Part shown: in pieces, positions 28,476 to 41,104 of the stretch
How positions within the stretch are numbered: the first letter of the stretch is position 1
Layout of the letters: each line of letters starts with the position of its first letter
DNA from: Eledone cirrhosa
Lineage: Eukaryota
NCBI GenBank assembly: GCA_964016885.1
Contig: OZ024741.1
Location: 210,304,001 to 210,368,000 of the forward strand
Length of the DNA stretch: 64,000 bases
Reading direction: 5' to 3'
Made by a program: the position numbers and the translations under genes
The notes under the pieces: model-generated
Database searches by the model: none
What the model was told of the DNA's origin: nothing
What the model saw: the letters and a program-made list of their open reading frames with translations, nothing else

Positions 28476-30331
28476 CGAAGGAAATGTGGTAAGGAACCAG
28501 GTGGGGCATAACGCACCAAAGTACTCAATACTTAGGGTAGTAGAGTGGGTTACAGGAACGAGTAGGACCCCGACGGCTGAGCTCAAGCCGTTTCGACGGT
28601 TAATTCTGGACTAAATAAAAATTTTATCCTGGTATTTGAATAGCCGAGCTTCTCAGGGGTAATTCCATATATGGTAAAAGTGATTGTCACAAGGATTGGT
28701 CAAAAGTTTGTTGTTGAGACATAATAATTCTATCATGGCAATAGAAGAAAGAGGGAGAGGGGGTGGAGGAAACCCAGTCGTGGTGCGTTGATAGTGCCAA
28801 CTACAGCTGGGCATGAGGTCAAAGAAGATACTAGGGGGGAGGGGGAGGGGGAGGAAGTCGAAACAATAAGTAAAACAATATGGGGTAAATATATAGAGAA
28901 ATACCGAGAGTGTTAAAAAACAATTAAATGTAAAAAAACAACAATTTCTGGTTATTATAACCTAAGGACAGCTATCAAGTCTCTCACTGGTACTGCTAGA
29001 GAAAGAAAGGTTTACTAGGTGGGACGGAATTATAATGAGACCCTTTTAAGAGGTATAAGTAAACAACCGAATATATCTTACGGTGACGGGTCAACAAGTG
29101 GGGGGCCAAAATACTAAAGAAACTACCACGAAATAATAATTCAGAGTCCCGAGACCAGTACGAAATAAAGGTTTCTACCCCAGGCACAAGGCCAGCAACC
29201 ACCCAGTGCAAAAAAAACCAAAAAACTAATACGAAATAATAATTCAGAATCCCGAAAAAGATAACTAATACTATCTCTATGGGTGCCGCCACGATACAAA
29301 AATTCTAGTGCAAACTACATAAATGCTCGTACGAAGTATATGTAAAATTTGATACGGAAAATTAATTCAGAGTCACCCCCCCCCCCAAAAAAAAAAAATA
29401 ATAAATACTGATATACGAGAAATTAAAGTAAAGATACCACTAAGAAATATAGAAAGCACGGAAAAGGGGCAGCCATCGGATAAGAAGGCAAGTATCCGTG
29501 GTCTAACACATCTGCTATAAAAAGCGGCGTCGGCCAAATCTATCATAGAATAGGGGAAGGGGGTGGGGTATTGAGGCTACAAAGGACCGAGGGGCTGCCT
29601 CGGGTGGGCGAGAAGTAAAAGGCCGACGACAAAGAAAGAGGACTGGGTGGAAGGACTAGGGATGGATGGGGGGAAGAAGGAAATATAGAGGAAGTGATAA
29701 AAAGATATAAAAGAAGATCTTACGTCTACCTTTGCAAGCAGGGGTTACCCATTACAAAATCGGTAAGTGGGGTGTTATAGCCCTAGTCTACCCTCGGGTC
29801 ATTATGGGGTTTGAGGGCGAGGTAAGTCCTACGCAATCTGTGTTTACATGCAGTTCATCTTTCTTGTTTAAGAGTTGGTCCGTCGAAAACAGCATTTGTA
29901 AAGTTTCCTCCGAGCATAAATTGCACGGACGGCGTCCTCCCGTGTAAGCTCCAAGTGAGATCATAGGTAATATTGTTATCCTTGAGATCCCATATGTGGC
30001 CCGAAAGTGTAGTGGCGTGACGCCGGGCCGGGTTTCGGAAGGTATATCTGTGTTGGTATAGCCGGGTCTTGAAGTCACATGCGGTTAATCCTATATAGGC
30101 TTTGTTGGAGGTGTCCGTCCTCACGTTGCACTGGTAGATCACATTACGATCTCTGCATCTGTTGTCGAGGGGGCAAAGGATGGTTTGACCGGCGGTGGAT
30201 GTAGTGCAGGTTGCCATGATAGAATTATTATGTCTCAACAACAAGCTTTTGACCAATCCCTGTGACAATCACTTTTACCATATATGGTAAATAACTCGGC
30301 TATTCAAATACCAGGATAAAATTTTTTATTT
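28473..30331 (-). mobile_element. 5'-truncated Penelope-like element (family 3, Naiad-like GIY-YIG) with long 3' region and inverted 5' fragment (30259-30331)
   Basis: CPLDNRCRDRNVIYQC..AYIGLTACDFKTRLYQH..TTLSGHIW..CNLCSEE. 30259-30331 is the reverse complement of 28612-28695. Degenerate hammerhead at 28567-28660. Confidence 0.85.
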
Positions 30332-30351
30332 ATATATATATATATATATAT

Positions 30352-31033
30352 ATTAAAATAACAGATTAAAGTTTAAGCAAAGAATCGCTGCTTTCACACT
30401 TAACGGGATCTTCTGAAACTAAAAAAGTCAATCTGTGAACTCAGAAGTGAATATTTAAAAAAACGTTGCAACCGAAGGAAGACAGGAAGACGATACTTTT
30501 GTTCGTGGAAACGTTCCCTGGCAAAGAACGAAAAAAAAACGAAGATAATGCGTCATTATTTGGAGCGGTGAAATCAATTACACGCAAAGACAAAACCACG
30601 TTTATGGTATAACTGAAGTCGTAGACTGATATTCTATTAGGTGGTTCATGGAGACATTCTCTGGCAATGAACGGAAAAGACGAAGATAATACGTCACTAT
30701 GTGGAGCGGTGAGAACAATTACACGCAAAGACAAAACCACGTAAATGGTATAACTGAAGTCGTAGACTAAAATTCTATCTAGGAAACCGAATGATTCTCG
30801 GCTTCAGAGTTAAGAATAAAGTAAATAAAATACAGAGGTAATCGAAATTAAATATATACATACACGCATCCATATACGTACATACACAAGCATACGCGAA
30901 AACACTCGCCATGTGTATACAAATACAAGCAAAAAATCATACAAAAAAAAATCCCCAAAACTCAAGCCCATACAGAACCCACGCAGCGCCTGTATCCGCA
31001 CACATACGTACGTATACTCCAAATACACATAAA

Positions 31034-31077
<44 letters not shown>

Positions 31078-33473
31078 CGCGTATATACATATAATGAAAT
31101 GAACGTATATAAATAAATAAATACGTATATAACGCGCGCACCTACATGTAAAACACCTATTTTCGCAAACTACGTCAACCAAAACACACAATACACAAAT
31201 ACACACACCCTACATACGTACGAACCCGCATACTCACACAGACGCAAAACTCACGTATACACATAACCAAATGCACATGTACCAGAATATATAATATATT
31301 ATATACGTCATAACATATGCATGCAAATATACATACGAGAAAGTATAGGTACTTTCACAAAACATACAGGTAAAATATACTTACCTATACAAATAAGTAA
31401 TGGTATAAACATAACATACTTAGCTACCACATCAAGACGTAAAATATCCGCGTATAGTTCGTACTATCCGTTAGGGTATAATGTGAGGCTGTAATACAGG
31501 AACGTTTTGTGCAATTTATGTTTACAAGCCGAAATTGCCTCAGATTTTTTGTTTAAGATGTGGTCTTAGGCGCAGAATATTTCCAGGGCCTCATGGGCGC
31601 AGAGGTCACATGGTCTTTTATTTCCGTTATACAATCTAGCCTCAGCTATGATCACCCAGTGTAACTTATATTGGGTGTGGTTGTCTTTTAGACTCCAGAT
31701 ATAAGCTGAAATTGACGTCATATCCCTTTCGTAAAGGGGTAAGAAAAGAATGGGTATGCATGTAAAGACGCTGCTTGAATCTATTGGCGGTTAACCCTAT
31801 GTAGGCCCTACTGGACGTGGGTGTTTCAACCTTACATTTGTAGACAATGTTACTAGAGAGGCATTTCCCGGATAGGGGAAAGTCAACCCGGTTCCTACAA
31901 TTACAGTTAGTACTAGCTACAGGGTTGCACGTGTTCCTACGGCTAGCTGATTTAGCTAAATTTGAAGCTGTGATGTTATGTGCAAGGTTAGGAGTCGTAG
32001 AGTAAGATATTTTAATGGTATTTCTATTAAACATTTTACTATATTTATGTGCTGGGGGGAAAGGCTTCATAATAAGGGAGAGAAAAATCTTAGCCATATT
32101 ATATGGTGGGTTATACCATATAATGCGCCGGGATCTATTTTTCCTAGGTCTATTCTCGTAATCAGTATAGTTTACCTTATTGACAAATCCACTCCGAGCA
32201 AGAGCTTCATTGTAATAAGTGGAATGGTCGTTGAAAATGTGCTCGTTAGTAGATAGACGGGAAAGCCTCAAAGAAACGTTTCTTACCAGATTCTTGGTTA
32301 TGCTGGTAGGTTGGCTGGAATTCTTACTTATGTAATTAAGCGTATCATTCGGCTTTCTATACGGGTAGTGTAAGCCATTCGACAAATTGAGGGTAACATC
32401 GAGGTAATTAACGACCGAGAGGTTAGCTTTAACCTGTATGGAGAGGTTGAAGCCTTTAAAAAAGGCTGTGAATTCTTTAATGAACCTATAGCAAGCACGT
32501 GGGCCGCACTTTGTTATGGTTAAAAGACCATCATCACGGTACAAACCACCGCCCACGTTGGGGAATTCTTCCTTAATAGAGAAAAGAAGGGAAAGGCCGA
32601 TAAGATCAGTAACCTCCTCAGAATCGCTGGCGCCCATACTCACGTCGAATTAGATTTTTTAATCCAAATAGAGTCGTCGAAATTAATCATCGACTTACGG
32701 GTATTGAGGATGACATCAACTTCGAAATCCTTAACCACTGTGAGTGTTTTGGCGAAATTGATAGCTCTAAGAAGAAGAGGTAAAGTGATGGAGGAGTAGT
32801 AATTATTGATGTCGAATTGGATAAAACGGCAATGTTCCTTGTTGCATATACCGTTGAACCAATCAATCACCGCGAAAGAATTGTTCCACAGTGCAAGAGG
32901 GGCCAAACTTCTAATTTCAGGTATAATTCTATCTAAAACCCTTTTACTAAGTCTACCTAAATCGGACTTCGTGGGGTTAATAAGCTGAATAGAGGGGTTG
33001 TTTGGGAAATTGGATTTGTGATCCTTCAGGGTAAAGTGGGGAGAAATAAGGTCCAGAGGTTCAGTCCGATCCAGGATGTTGAGATCAGAGGTGATTTTAA
33101 ACCCAGCATCGTTAATTTCATTAATGACGCCCCGAGAAGTTTTACGGGAATCCTTAGTTACAGCATTATGTAGCAATTGATGGTAAGTACTGCGCTCCAC
33201 TGGATATAGATTGCCAGTTTTGTCGGAATTCACGTGCACGACATTAGAATCCTTAATAGAACGAATTATATTCTTCAGGTCCTGCTGGAAGGAATTGCTC
33301 CTTTTCCGAAATTTGATACTCCGTATGAGTTCCAATACATCAATTTCGAAGGGTAGCAATGCTGGGTTACTCGGAGGGTTATTATAGGTTTTAAACCCAA
33401 ATTTATCCTGTTTGTTTTCTGCTTTTCCCTGAAATAAAAGGCACGCCAAAACAACCTTTTAAGAACGCGTCTG
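30352..33473 (-). mobile_element. Near full-length Penelope-like element (Naiad-like family 1), RT plus GIY-YIG, frameshifted
   Basis: KRLFWRAFYF, FGFKT..PP, SDKTGN, FDINNYY, GGLYRDDGL, YLDVTL, WYNPPY, CNC..C, IVYKC..YIGLT. The pLTR carries ~120-bp repeats (30530-30780) and the CAGAAGA hammerhead (30362-30435). Confidence 0.92.
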
Positions 33474-35100
33474 TTTCCTAGGGAGATATATTCTATCTGT
33501 ATCGCCTTAAGGTGATGCATTCTGTGCATGGTTAAGAATTTTCTAATTTTTGTATCGAGCCTACGGATCTCTGTGCTTGACCAGTTGATGACATTATAAC
33601 TGTAGTTTACTACTGGTATGGCAAGCGTGTTTATGGAATCGATCTTCTTCCTTGCATTCAATTCCGTTCTTAAGATTGCTTCTACTCTGCGGTAACATTC
33701 CTTCCTTATGCTTTCCCTCATTGTCGAGTGCTTGATTCCGTCTCCTTCACAAACACCTAGATATTTGTAAGTTTCCTCTTTATCAAGTTCTCTTATCACA
33801 TTCCCCCGATCAAGATTAATGTCTGAACTTTTCAGCAGCTTTCTTCTGGTGAACGTTGCTTTGGCGCATTTATCTAATCCAAACTCCATTTTAATGTCAT
33901 CACTGAACTGCTTCACAGTGGATAATAGTCCTTGCAATTGTTCATCATTTTTTGCAAATAGTTTCAGGTCATCCATGTAGAACAAGTGATTAATGGTTTT
34001 GTCATAGACTTTATATCCATGTTTTGTTTCATTGAGCATTTTACTTAATGGTATAAGCGCGATGCAGAATAAAAGCGGTGATAAAGAGTCACCCTGAAAA
34101 ATTCCACAATTAATATTAACTTCTCCAGCTTCCAGTGATTTTTTTTCACTATTCAAAAGGAGTATCGTTTTCCATGTCTTCATACTGAATGACAGGAACC
34201 TCCTGACAACGGGAGATATTTTGAAAACATCTAACCATTTTTCAATCCAACTGTGTGGCACGCTATCGAATGCTTTTTTATAATCTATCCAAGCAATTGA
34301 TAGATTTTTGTGTCTATTATGACAATCTTCCAGTATCATTTTGTTAACCAAAGCTGATCTTTACAGCCATATGAGCCTCGTTTACACCCTTTCTGCTCAA
34401 TGGGAAATAGGTCATTTGTTATCAGGTGGTCATATGTGTATTCAGTTAGGACTGATGTTAAAATTTTATACATTGTGGTCAAGCAAGTTATCGGTCTGTA
34501 ATTTTTGGGATTGTTTGTCTCATCATTCTTCGGAAGCAGGAATGTAATGCCGTTAACTAGCCATGATGGTATCTTTTCTGGCTCCTTAACTATTTCATTG
34601 TAAAGTTGGGCTAACAGCTCATGAGACTCTGTGAAGGCATTTATCCAAAAATTTGGTAATTTGTCTTTTCCTGGGGATTTCCATTTGCTGGTTTTTCTAA
34701 GAGCCAAACGCAACTGTTCAAATGTTATATTTTCCCATATTTGTTTCTCAACGTGAGCTGTATCTTTCATTTGTCTGTCTATCCATGGGGCATGTATACT
34801 ATGAACTTTTTCTTCGGCCCAGTTCTTTTCCCAGAATTCTTGCACTTCGTCCTTGGGTGGTATTGATTTAGCAGTTACTGTTGACTTACCAATTTTTCTG
34901 TAGAAGTTTCTTTGGTTGTTTTTGAACATATTATTGTCATTATAGAAACTAGATCGTTTTTCAAAGCGCCTTATACGAGCAGCTTTGGCCGACACTTTTT
35001 GTTTGATTATTTCTATCAGCATGTCTATGTTACTTGTTGATTTTATACTGTATTTTCTTTTCAATTTTCTAAGTTTAGTTTGTTTAACATGTTCACCTAC
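33474..35100 (-). mobile_element. Internal fragment of R4/Dong-like RLE LINE family A
   Basis: RT motifs IDYKKAFDSVPH, QGDSLSP and YMDDLK; colinear with 50498-52126. 5' end abuts (TAA)n and 3' end is fused to the PLE. Confidence 0.9.
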
Positions 35101-35103
35101 ATT

Positions 35104-35104
<1 letters not shown>

Positions 35105-35165
<61 letters not shown>
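35105..35165 (+). repeat. (TTA)n linker; equivalent linkers at 41054-41104, 47060-47077, 49256-49309, 54253-54281, 58737-58799, 58996-59048 and 63760-63841
   Basis: Every element boundary from 35 to 64 kb is a (TTA)n run on the + strand. Confidence 0.95.
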
Positions 35166-35373
35166 GGCGACCTACTTAGTAAATCGTATCATCGTGAGCT
35201 CCGCAAAGGTTTGTTATTTCCGTTTGTTAAAAATTGTCATTTATGGAAAATTTTATTGTTAACTGTTTATAAGCGCACATACATTGTTTTCCGAAAAGGA
35301 CACCCAAAAAGATTGGGGCCTTGTGCCCAAAATTTTAACTTTTATTATTATCCAAAAGTTTCTTTGAAAAAAA

Positions 35374-37365
35374 ATGGCTAATTCCCCTCTGCACGAAGCA
35401 GCTGAAAGCCTTCCTCACAAAATAACACCTCACACCGACACCACCATTGTAAATGTTACTATGTTTGCCAACACAAAAAAAAATATAAGCAGTAGCAATA
35501 TTTTAAATTTGTCTCAGGCAGACATACATTTCCCGCCATTACCAATGACTGCAGGTGTTAAAGCCTCCACCACCACCACCACCGCGACAACCCCCACCCC
35601 CACCACCACCGCGACAACAGAAACAAAAGAATAAAAAAATAAATTAACTCGTGATGTCGAAATGAAATCAAGCAAAATGGACTCTTCCGCACCAAAGACG
35701 AATGACGTCACCACCACCACAACTGAAACAAAAATTAAGATTAACACAAATAACGATAGCAACAACAACAACAATGACATTATAAAACCGACCCTCAGTT
35801 TCGCCATCGTAGCAAAACAATTCGAAGCGTTCACGGTAACTCAAGAAGATTTAGAAAATGCCAAACAAATGGTAAAGAAAGATGGGTACAGGGTCAGCCT
35901 CACCCCCCACCTAATAAAATGGAGCATCGGCGCCTGTGCACCGTGTCGTATAGAACAATAAATGTAAAAGCGCGCCGAGTGGAACGGGCATCCGAGTCCC
36001 AAATCCAAAAAGCTTTGGGACATGTGTGGGCAAGAAAGACCCACATCAGACGTGGGCAAAAGTATGGAACCGTGGATGTGTTCTTTGAAACACCAGAGGA
36101 GGCTAGAGAACACTCCATGGCCCCATTAAAAAGTGACGACCTCACACTCGTCCCAAGCTATTGTGGCCAGAGACTCGTAAAGATCAGGGTGACCCACGTT
36201 CCACCGGCCATCGAAATTCCCTGGCTAATAGCGGCTGTCCTCGCCGGCATCGAAGCCAACACGAAAATAATAGCAGTAGCAAAAGAAAAGCAGGAAAACT
36301 GGTCCGGATCTGGGATGGAGCTCCTGATCCAAGCGGACCAAAAAAGCATTGAGGAGATCCCAGAGGTAATAGACCTCACTGACGGCAGCCACCTCAAGGT
36401 AATTGTCGAGGGCAGAAGACCTAGGTGTGTCGTTTGTGGTGAAGGAACCCACCTAAGGGCTTTCTGCCCTCAGGCTAAAAGGTTGAGGCCACCTCTCCTA
36501 CCCACCCCAGTGACACAACCATCAACACCACCAGTAGCAGAGATGGCAGCAACAACTGTAGCAGCAACAACAGAAGCAACTATAACAGCAACAGCCCCAG
36601 CAACAGTAGCAAAACCAACACCACTACAACCACCAGCAAAACCAACACCACCACCACCCAACGCTTCAGAACTAGCACCAGCGCCTACACCATCCACCAC
36701 ACCACAACCAAAACTAACGGCTGTGGAGGATTTTCCACTCCCCGGCCTATCACAACTGGAGACAGATTGTGACGACGAGGAGTGGGAAACGATATCCGGA
36801 AAAAAAAGGAAACCAAAAAAGAAAAAATTCTCTTCCTTCCCCCTCCAAAAACAAAATACAGAGGGAAACAAATAAACTAAGAAACAAAAAAGTTAGAACA
36901 GATATGCCACCATCCACACCAGCATCACCAACCCCATCAACCCAAACACCAACACCATCACCATCATTAACTCCAACACCACCATCACCTACACCACAAA
37001 AGTCACCAAAATGCGAAACAGAAACAAACCCACAACAAACGCAAACAAAACAAAACAACCAAAACGATACACACTACACAGCATTAAATTTGAACAACAA
37101 GCAATTATTACACTACATCCAACACAACACCAGCATCACAGAAAAAGACTACACAACAACCCCAAAATTCACACCACCTCCACACATACAAATCACTCGC
37201 ATCACACAGAAAACGTACATGACACTAAAACAAAAATTCCCCAAAGACATCGGAGACTTCCGACAAGCACTCTCCAGGAGGATTTATAAGGACATCCTTC
37301 CTGAGGAGGCCACAAGCAGTGAAAAGGATGGAAAAGCCGTCCTTCCCCTACGAGAAGTAAGGTAA
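35374..37365 (+). pseudogene. Tx1 ORF1 (gag-like), disrupted
   Basis: SFAIVAK motif, RRM-like region, zinc knuckle CVVCGEGTHLRAFC and Pro/Thr-rich tail; split over four ORFs. Confidence 0.8.
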
Positions 37366-37399
37366 GTGGTCTTTCCCATCTTTTCCACTCCTTTTCAAC

Positions 37400-40159
37400 A
37401 TGACCTCACTCAGAATAGGCAGCATAAATGCGCGTGGCTTGGGGTCGTCATGGAAGCAGGGCCACCTGCTCAACGACCTCAGGTCACTAAACATAGATGT
37501 AGTGGCCATCAGCGAGACCAGAATCTCCGAAGCACAGGCTTTCGCACCGATCTTCGGCGGCTACGATGTGTACGCATCTCCCAGCCGTCCGGGATCGGGG
37601 GGAGGAGTTGCTGTGCTTTTTCGGAGAGGTTTGGATCTTGCCATACGGGACATCTTCCGGGACCCAGAAGGTAAGTTGGTGGTGCTGGACGTGACCAGCG
37701 GAGACGGGCAAGCTTTCAGGTTAGTGGCCGTCTATGCCCCGACAGGAGCAGGGCGGCCTGATTTCTTCCGGCGTCTGGAGACCTTTCTTGGAACGTCCCG
37801 CTCTTTAGTGTTAGTGGGCGACTGGAACGGGATCTTAGATGCACGCTGGGATTGTGTGGGATTAGTGGATAGGGAAGGAGGGTGCAAGAGTCTCACCAAC
37901 CTGCTCAGACGTTTTGAACTGTCTGACAGGTACCGAATGGATTTCCTGAATGTACCAATATGGACTTGGACAAATCGCATAGGGTCATCCAGATCATATC
38001 TAGATAGAGTATTTTGTAGGGAAATAGATAGGTCTAGCATAGGCTGTCCACAATTCAAGATAGTCAGCTACACGGACCACAAATTCGTGATCTGTGTGCT
38101 TGACTTAGATAGGCTTCATAGACGAGGACCCGGCTACTGGAAGCTAAACGCGTCCTTACCAGCGCGCAAGGCCTACAGAGACCGGATTAGCGAACTAGTT
38201 AAGCGGGCGTTGACGGGGGCCATCGTCAACAACAAGTGGTGGTTTGCTCTGAAAAGAGCAATTAGAATAGAGTCCATTAGGTTTAGTAAGACTTTAGCAA
38301 TAGAGAAAAATAGAGCAGAGGGAGAATTAGTTACAAAATTAGATGAGGCGCTTAGCAAAGGCATCGCGACCGACGTACTTGCCGCGAAATTGGCCCTTGA
38401 CCAATTCTTCAATGCAAAGCACGAAGGCTGCGTTATCAGAGCTAGGATGCGTGCTCTCAGACACGAGGGGACGAAAGCCGTTCAATGGGCCCGAGTGGCG
38501 GAGGCGCGTCGTGGCAACAAAGCCACGATCCGGTCTTTGGTGGACCACGACGGGCGCATGCTACTCGATCCCGGGCAAATGTGTGAAGCTTTTCAGCGAC
38601 ACTTCGCTCAACTGTTCGGGGGCAGTGGCGGGCCGGATCGAGGGATGGACTTTAGTGTCTACCTCGACGGACTGCCGCGGCTTTCGGCCACTGAGGCGGA
38701 GTGTTGCGAAAAGCCGATAACAACCGCTGAAGTACGGGATGCAATGACTAGTTGCACAAGGGGTAAATCACCTGGTTTGGATGGTCTGCCCTATGAACTT
38801 TACGTACAAATGCCACACTTGTTCGGAGGCCTCTTGGCGGACGTCTACTGCAACTGGCAACAGAACAGGAGAATTCCCAGCTCTGTGAGCCGAGGAGCGA
38901 TGGCGCTGCTGAGAAAGGATCCGAACAAGGGGGATAACATAGATAATTTTAGGCCCATAACTCTGCTAAACACAGAGTTCAAGATTTTGGCCAAGGTGCT
39001 AGTAAAGAGGTTGGCGCTTGTCGTTGGTGGTCTGGTGGGAGAGGCACAGACATGCGCCATTCCCGACAGATCCATCCACGACAACCTCCACCTCATGCGA
39101 TACATCGTAGAGAGGGTAGCTAGGGAAGCTGGCACAAGTGGGTCTTTGATCAATTTAGATCAGTCGAAAGCCTTCGATAGGGTCGACCATCGTTACCTAA
39201 CGGCAGTCCTGAAGGCGGCTGGCTTTGGGCCCGTCTTCAGAGGCTGGATCGCTGCCATGCACAGCGACATCTGCTCTGTAGTGAGAGTGAACGGTCACCT
39301 TTCGGAACCGTTCAACATCATGCGCTCGGTCCGCCAAGGATGTCCCCTCTCGTCCCTATTGTACGTATTGACTCTCGAGCCATTACTGCACAAACTGGAG
39401 ACGTTGAGGGGGGTCCCGCGCGAACTAGGATGCGGAAGATCCGTGTCAGCATATGCCGACGATGTCACCGTAGTGGTGTCGAACGCCAAACACATCGAGG
39501 CGATCGGCACTACACTAAGAGAATACGAAGCGGTGACAGGAGCAATGATCAACCAGGAAAAGTCAGTGGGCCTGCAGCTCGGCACCCGGAGAGGCAGGTC
39601 CATGCCGTCCAACAGCGTCGTCGGGCGCTGGACGGACGGACCGGTTAAATTGCTAGGGGTCTGGTTCGGTCCAGACCTCCAGACGGACAAAAACTGGGAC
39701 GAGGTGACGAGCAGGGTGGCTTCTCTCACCCAGAAATGGGCCGAGAGGAAGCTATCCCTGAAAGGTCGAGCGGAGGTGGCGAATGCGTACATCGCATCCG
39801 TCATCTACTACCGCCTGACCGTCGTACCTTGTCCTAAGCCCCGCCTGACTGCGCTGGAGCGTTTGCTCTTTCGCTTCTTGTGGAAGGGACGCGCTCCGAT
39901 GGTCAGGCGGTCCATCTGCTGCCAACACCCGCTACGTGGAGGGCTGGGCATGCCGTGGCTGATGATGCGCAGACACGCGGTCAGGCTACGACATCTCCAC
40001 CTCTTCCTCGACGGTGATCAGGTGTGGTCGCCGTTTGCAAGACACGTTTTTCCCCAGCTCGTCTCCTTGACGGAGCTGCAGTCCTGGGTCAAGCGAAGAC
40101 CGAGAGGGAGCGCTTGGAGACTGGAATGTCTTCAGGCGCTCACCAATCGGGCAATGTGA
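37400..40159 (+). CDS. Tx1 ORF2, APE endonuclease plus reverse transcriptase (919 aa; C-terminus continues in another frame)
   Basis: SINARGL, SETR, GDWN, SYLDRVF and TDHK (APE); KSPGLDGL, NFRPITLLN, DQSKAFDRV, RQGCPLS and YADD (RT). Confidence 0.9.
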   Translation: MTSLRIGSINARGLGSSWKQGHLLNDLRSLNIDVVAISETRISEAQAFAPIFGGYDVYASPSRPGSGGGVAVLFRRGLDLAIRDIFRDPEGKLVVLDVTSGDGQAFRLVAVYAPTGAGRPDFFRRLETFLGTSRSLVLVGDWNGILDARWDCVGLVDREGGCKSLTNLLRRFELSDRYRMDFLNVPIWTWTNRIGSSRSYLDRVFCREIDRSSIGCPQFKIVSYTDHKFVICVLDLDRLHRRGPGYWKLNASLPARKAYRDRISELVKRALTGAIVNNKWWFALKRAIRIESIRFSKTLAIEKNRAEGELVTKLDEALSKGIATDVLAAKLALDQFFNAKHEGCVIRARMRALRHEGTKAVQWARVAEARRGNKATIRSLVDHDGRMLLDPGQMCEAFQRHFAQLFGGSGGPDRGMDFSVYLDGLPRLSATEAECCEKPITTAEVRDAMTSCTRGKSPGLDGLPYELYVQMPHLFGGLLADVYCNWQQNRRIPSSVSRGAMALLRKDPNKGDNIDNFRPITLLNTEFKILAKVLVKRLALVVGGLVGEAQTCAIPDRSIHDNLHLMRYIVERVAREAGTSGSLINLDQSKAFDRVDHRYLTAVLKAAGFGPVFRGWIAAMHSDICSVVRVNGHLSEPFNIMRSVRQGCPLSSLLYVLTLEPLLHKLETLRGVPRELGCGRSVSAYADDVTVVVSNAKHIEAIGTTLREYEAVTGAMINQEKSVGLQLGTRRGRSMPSNSVVGRWTDGPVKLLGVWFGPDLQTDKNWDEVTSRVASLTQKWAERKLSLKGRAEVANAYIASVIYYRLTVVPCPKPRLTALERLLFRFLWKGRAPMVRRSICCQHPLRGGLGMPWLMMRRHAVRLRHLHLFLDGDQVWSPFARHVFPQLVSLTELQSWVKRRPRGSAWRLECLQALTNRAM

Positions 40160-40809
40160 TCGGTGGAAACTCCACCTTGGCGTTCTATAGGGGATTAGTG
40201 GAGGGGAAGAGCGACGACGTACTTGGAGAAACTCTAGGCGTCGACGAAAATAAACTAGCCAATCTCTTCGGAAGGACTTTCGGGCCGGGGCCTATGGACA
40301 ACTTCCAGAAATCCCTGGCCTGGCAGTGCTACCGAGGAGCTTTGCCAGTTCGGGATAAACTCTACAGGCATGGAGGTGCCGTCAGCCGGGCATGTCCGAG
40401 ATGCGCGCAGGGCGACGAAACCGTCCTGCACGCACTCATCCAGTGTCCGAGCATTGCTGACTTGTGGGTTTATGTCGAACACCTGCTGTCACGTGTAGGA
40501 CGGATCCAGCTATCAGCTGAGTCCATCGTGAGGATTGCCCCGCCACCTTCCTTTAGCCGGGAAGGGCAGGCAGTTTTTATCTGTCTGGTGGCCATGGCGA
40601 AAGAGATAGTATGGTGGACACGTTTGAAAGGGCTGAAGACGAGCACTTACCTCTTCGGTGATGCCCTGATTAACTTTTTCAAATTTCATTTGAAAAGGAA
40701 AATCAGGGTAGAGAGGAAAGTGCTCTCTTCCCAGCATTTTGTTGAAAGATGGGTGAGAGAAGCAAGTATGGCCCGAATGAATGGGCCTTCTCTGAGTATG
40801 TGTCTGTAA
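40140..40809 (+). CDS. Tx1 ORF2 C-terminal zf-RVT segment, out of frame with the RT
   Basis: LPVRDKL..CPRCAQGDETVLHALIQC. Confidence 0.8.
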
Positions 40810-41052
40810 ATTAAAGGTGGAAAACTGGGAGAGGGCACTTGCCCTGGTGGTCAGGGCCACTGTGGTCTTTTAATGGGCTTTCTCCACAAATGTCCATCGG
40901 AAGTCTCCCCCCTATTGGGGAATTTTTCTTTGTTATTTTATTTCAAACTCTGTTTTTTTTACACACAGAAATGCCCATTTGTACCGTCCTCTATTGTCCT
41001 GTACTGTCCTTAATGTCTACTTTATGTAAACCCTTGTGGTTAATAAAGAAAA

Positions 41053-41104
<52 letters not shown>

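Larger units (their letters stand above)
35166..41053 (+). mobile_element. Full-length Tx1/L1-clade non-LTR retrotransposon, copy 1
   Basis: 208-nt 5'UTR, ORF1, APE-RT ORF2, zf-RVT and a 3'UTR ending aataaagaaaac; (TTA)n on both sides. Confidence 0.92.

Noticed and set aside
29788-33473. Selenocysteine (in-frame UGA) as reported for some Naiad PLEs
   Set aside because: The conserved Cys positions I could read use normal Cys codons or missense changes; no UGA pattern or convincing SECIS was seen.
33275-34351. 358-aa ORF as a functional LINE-PLE fusion protein
   Set aside because: The LINE part frameshifts just before the junction and the PLE part shifts again shortly after.
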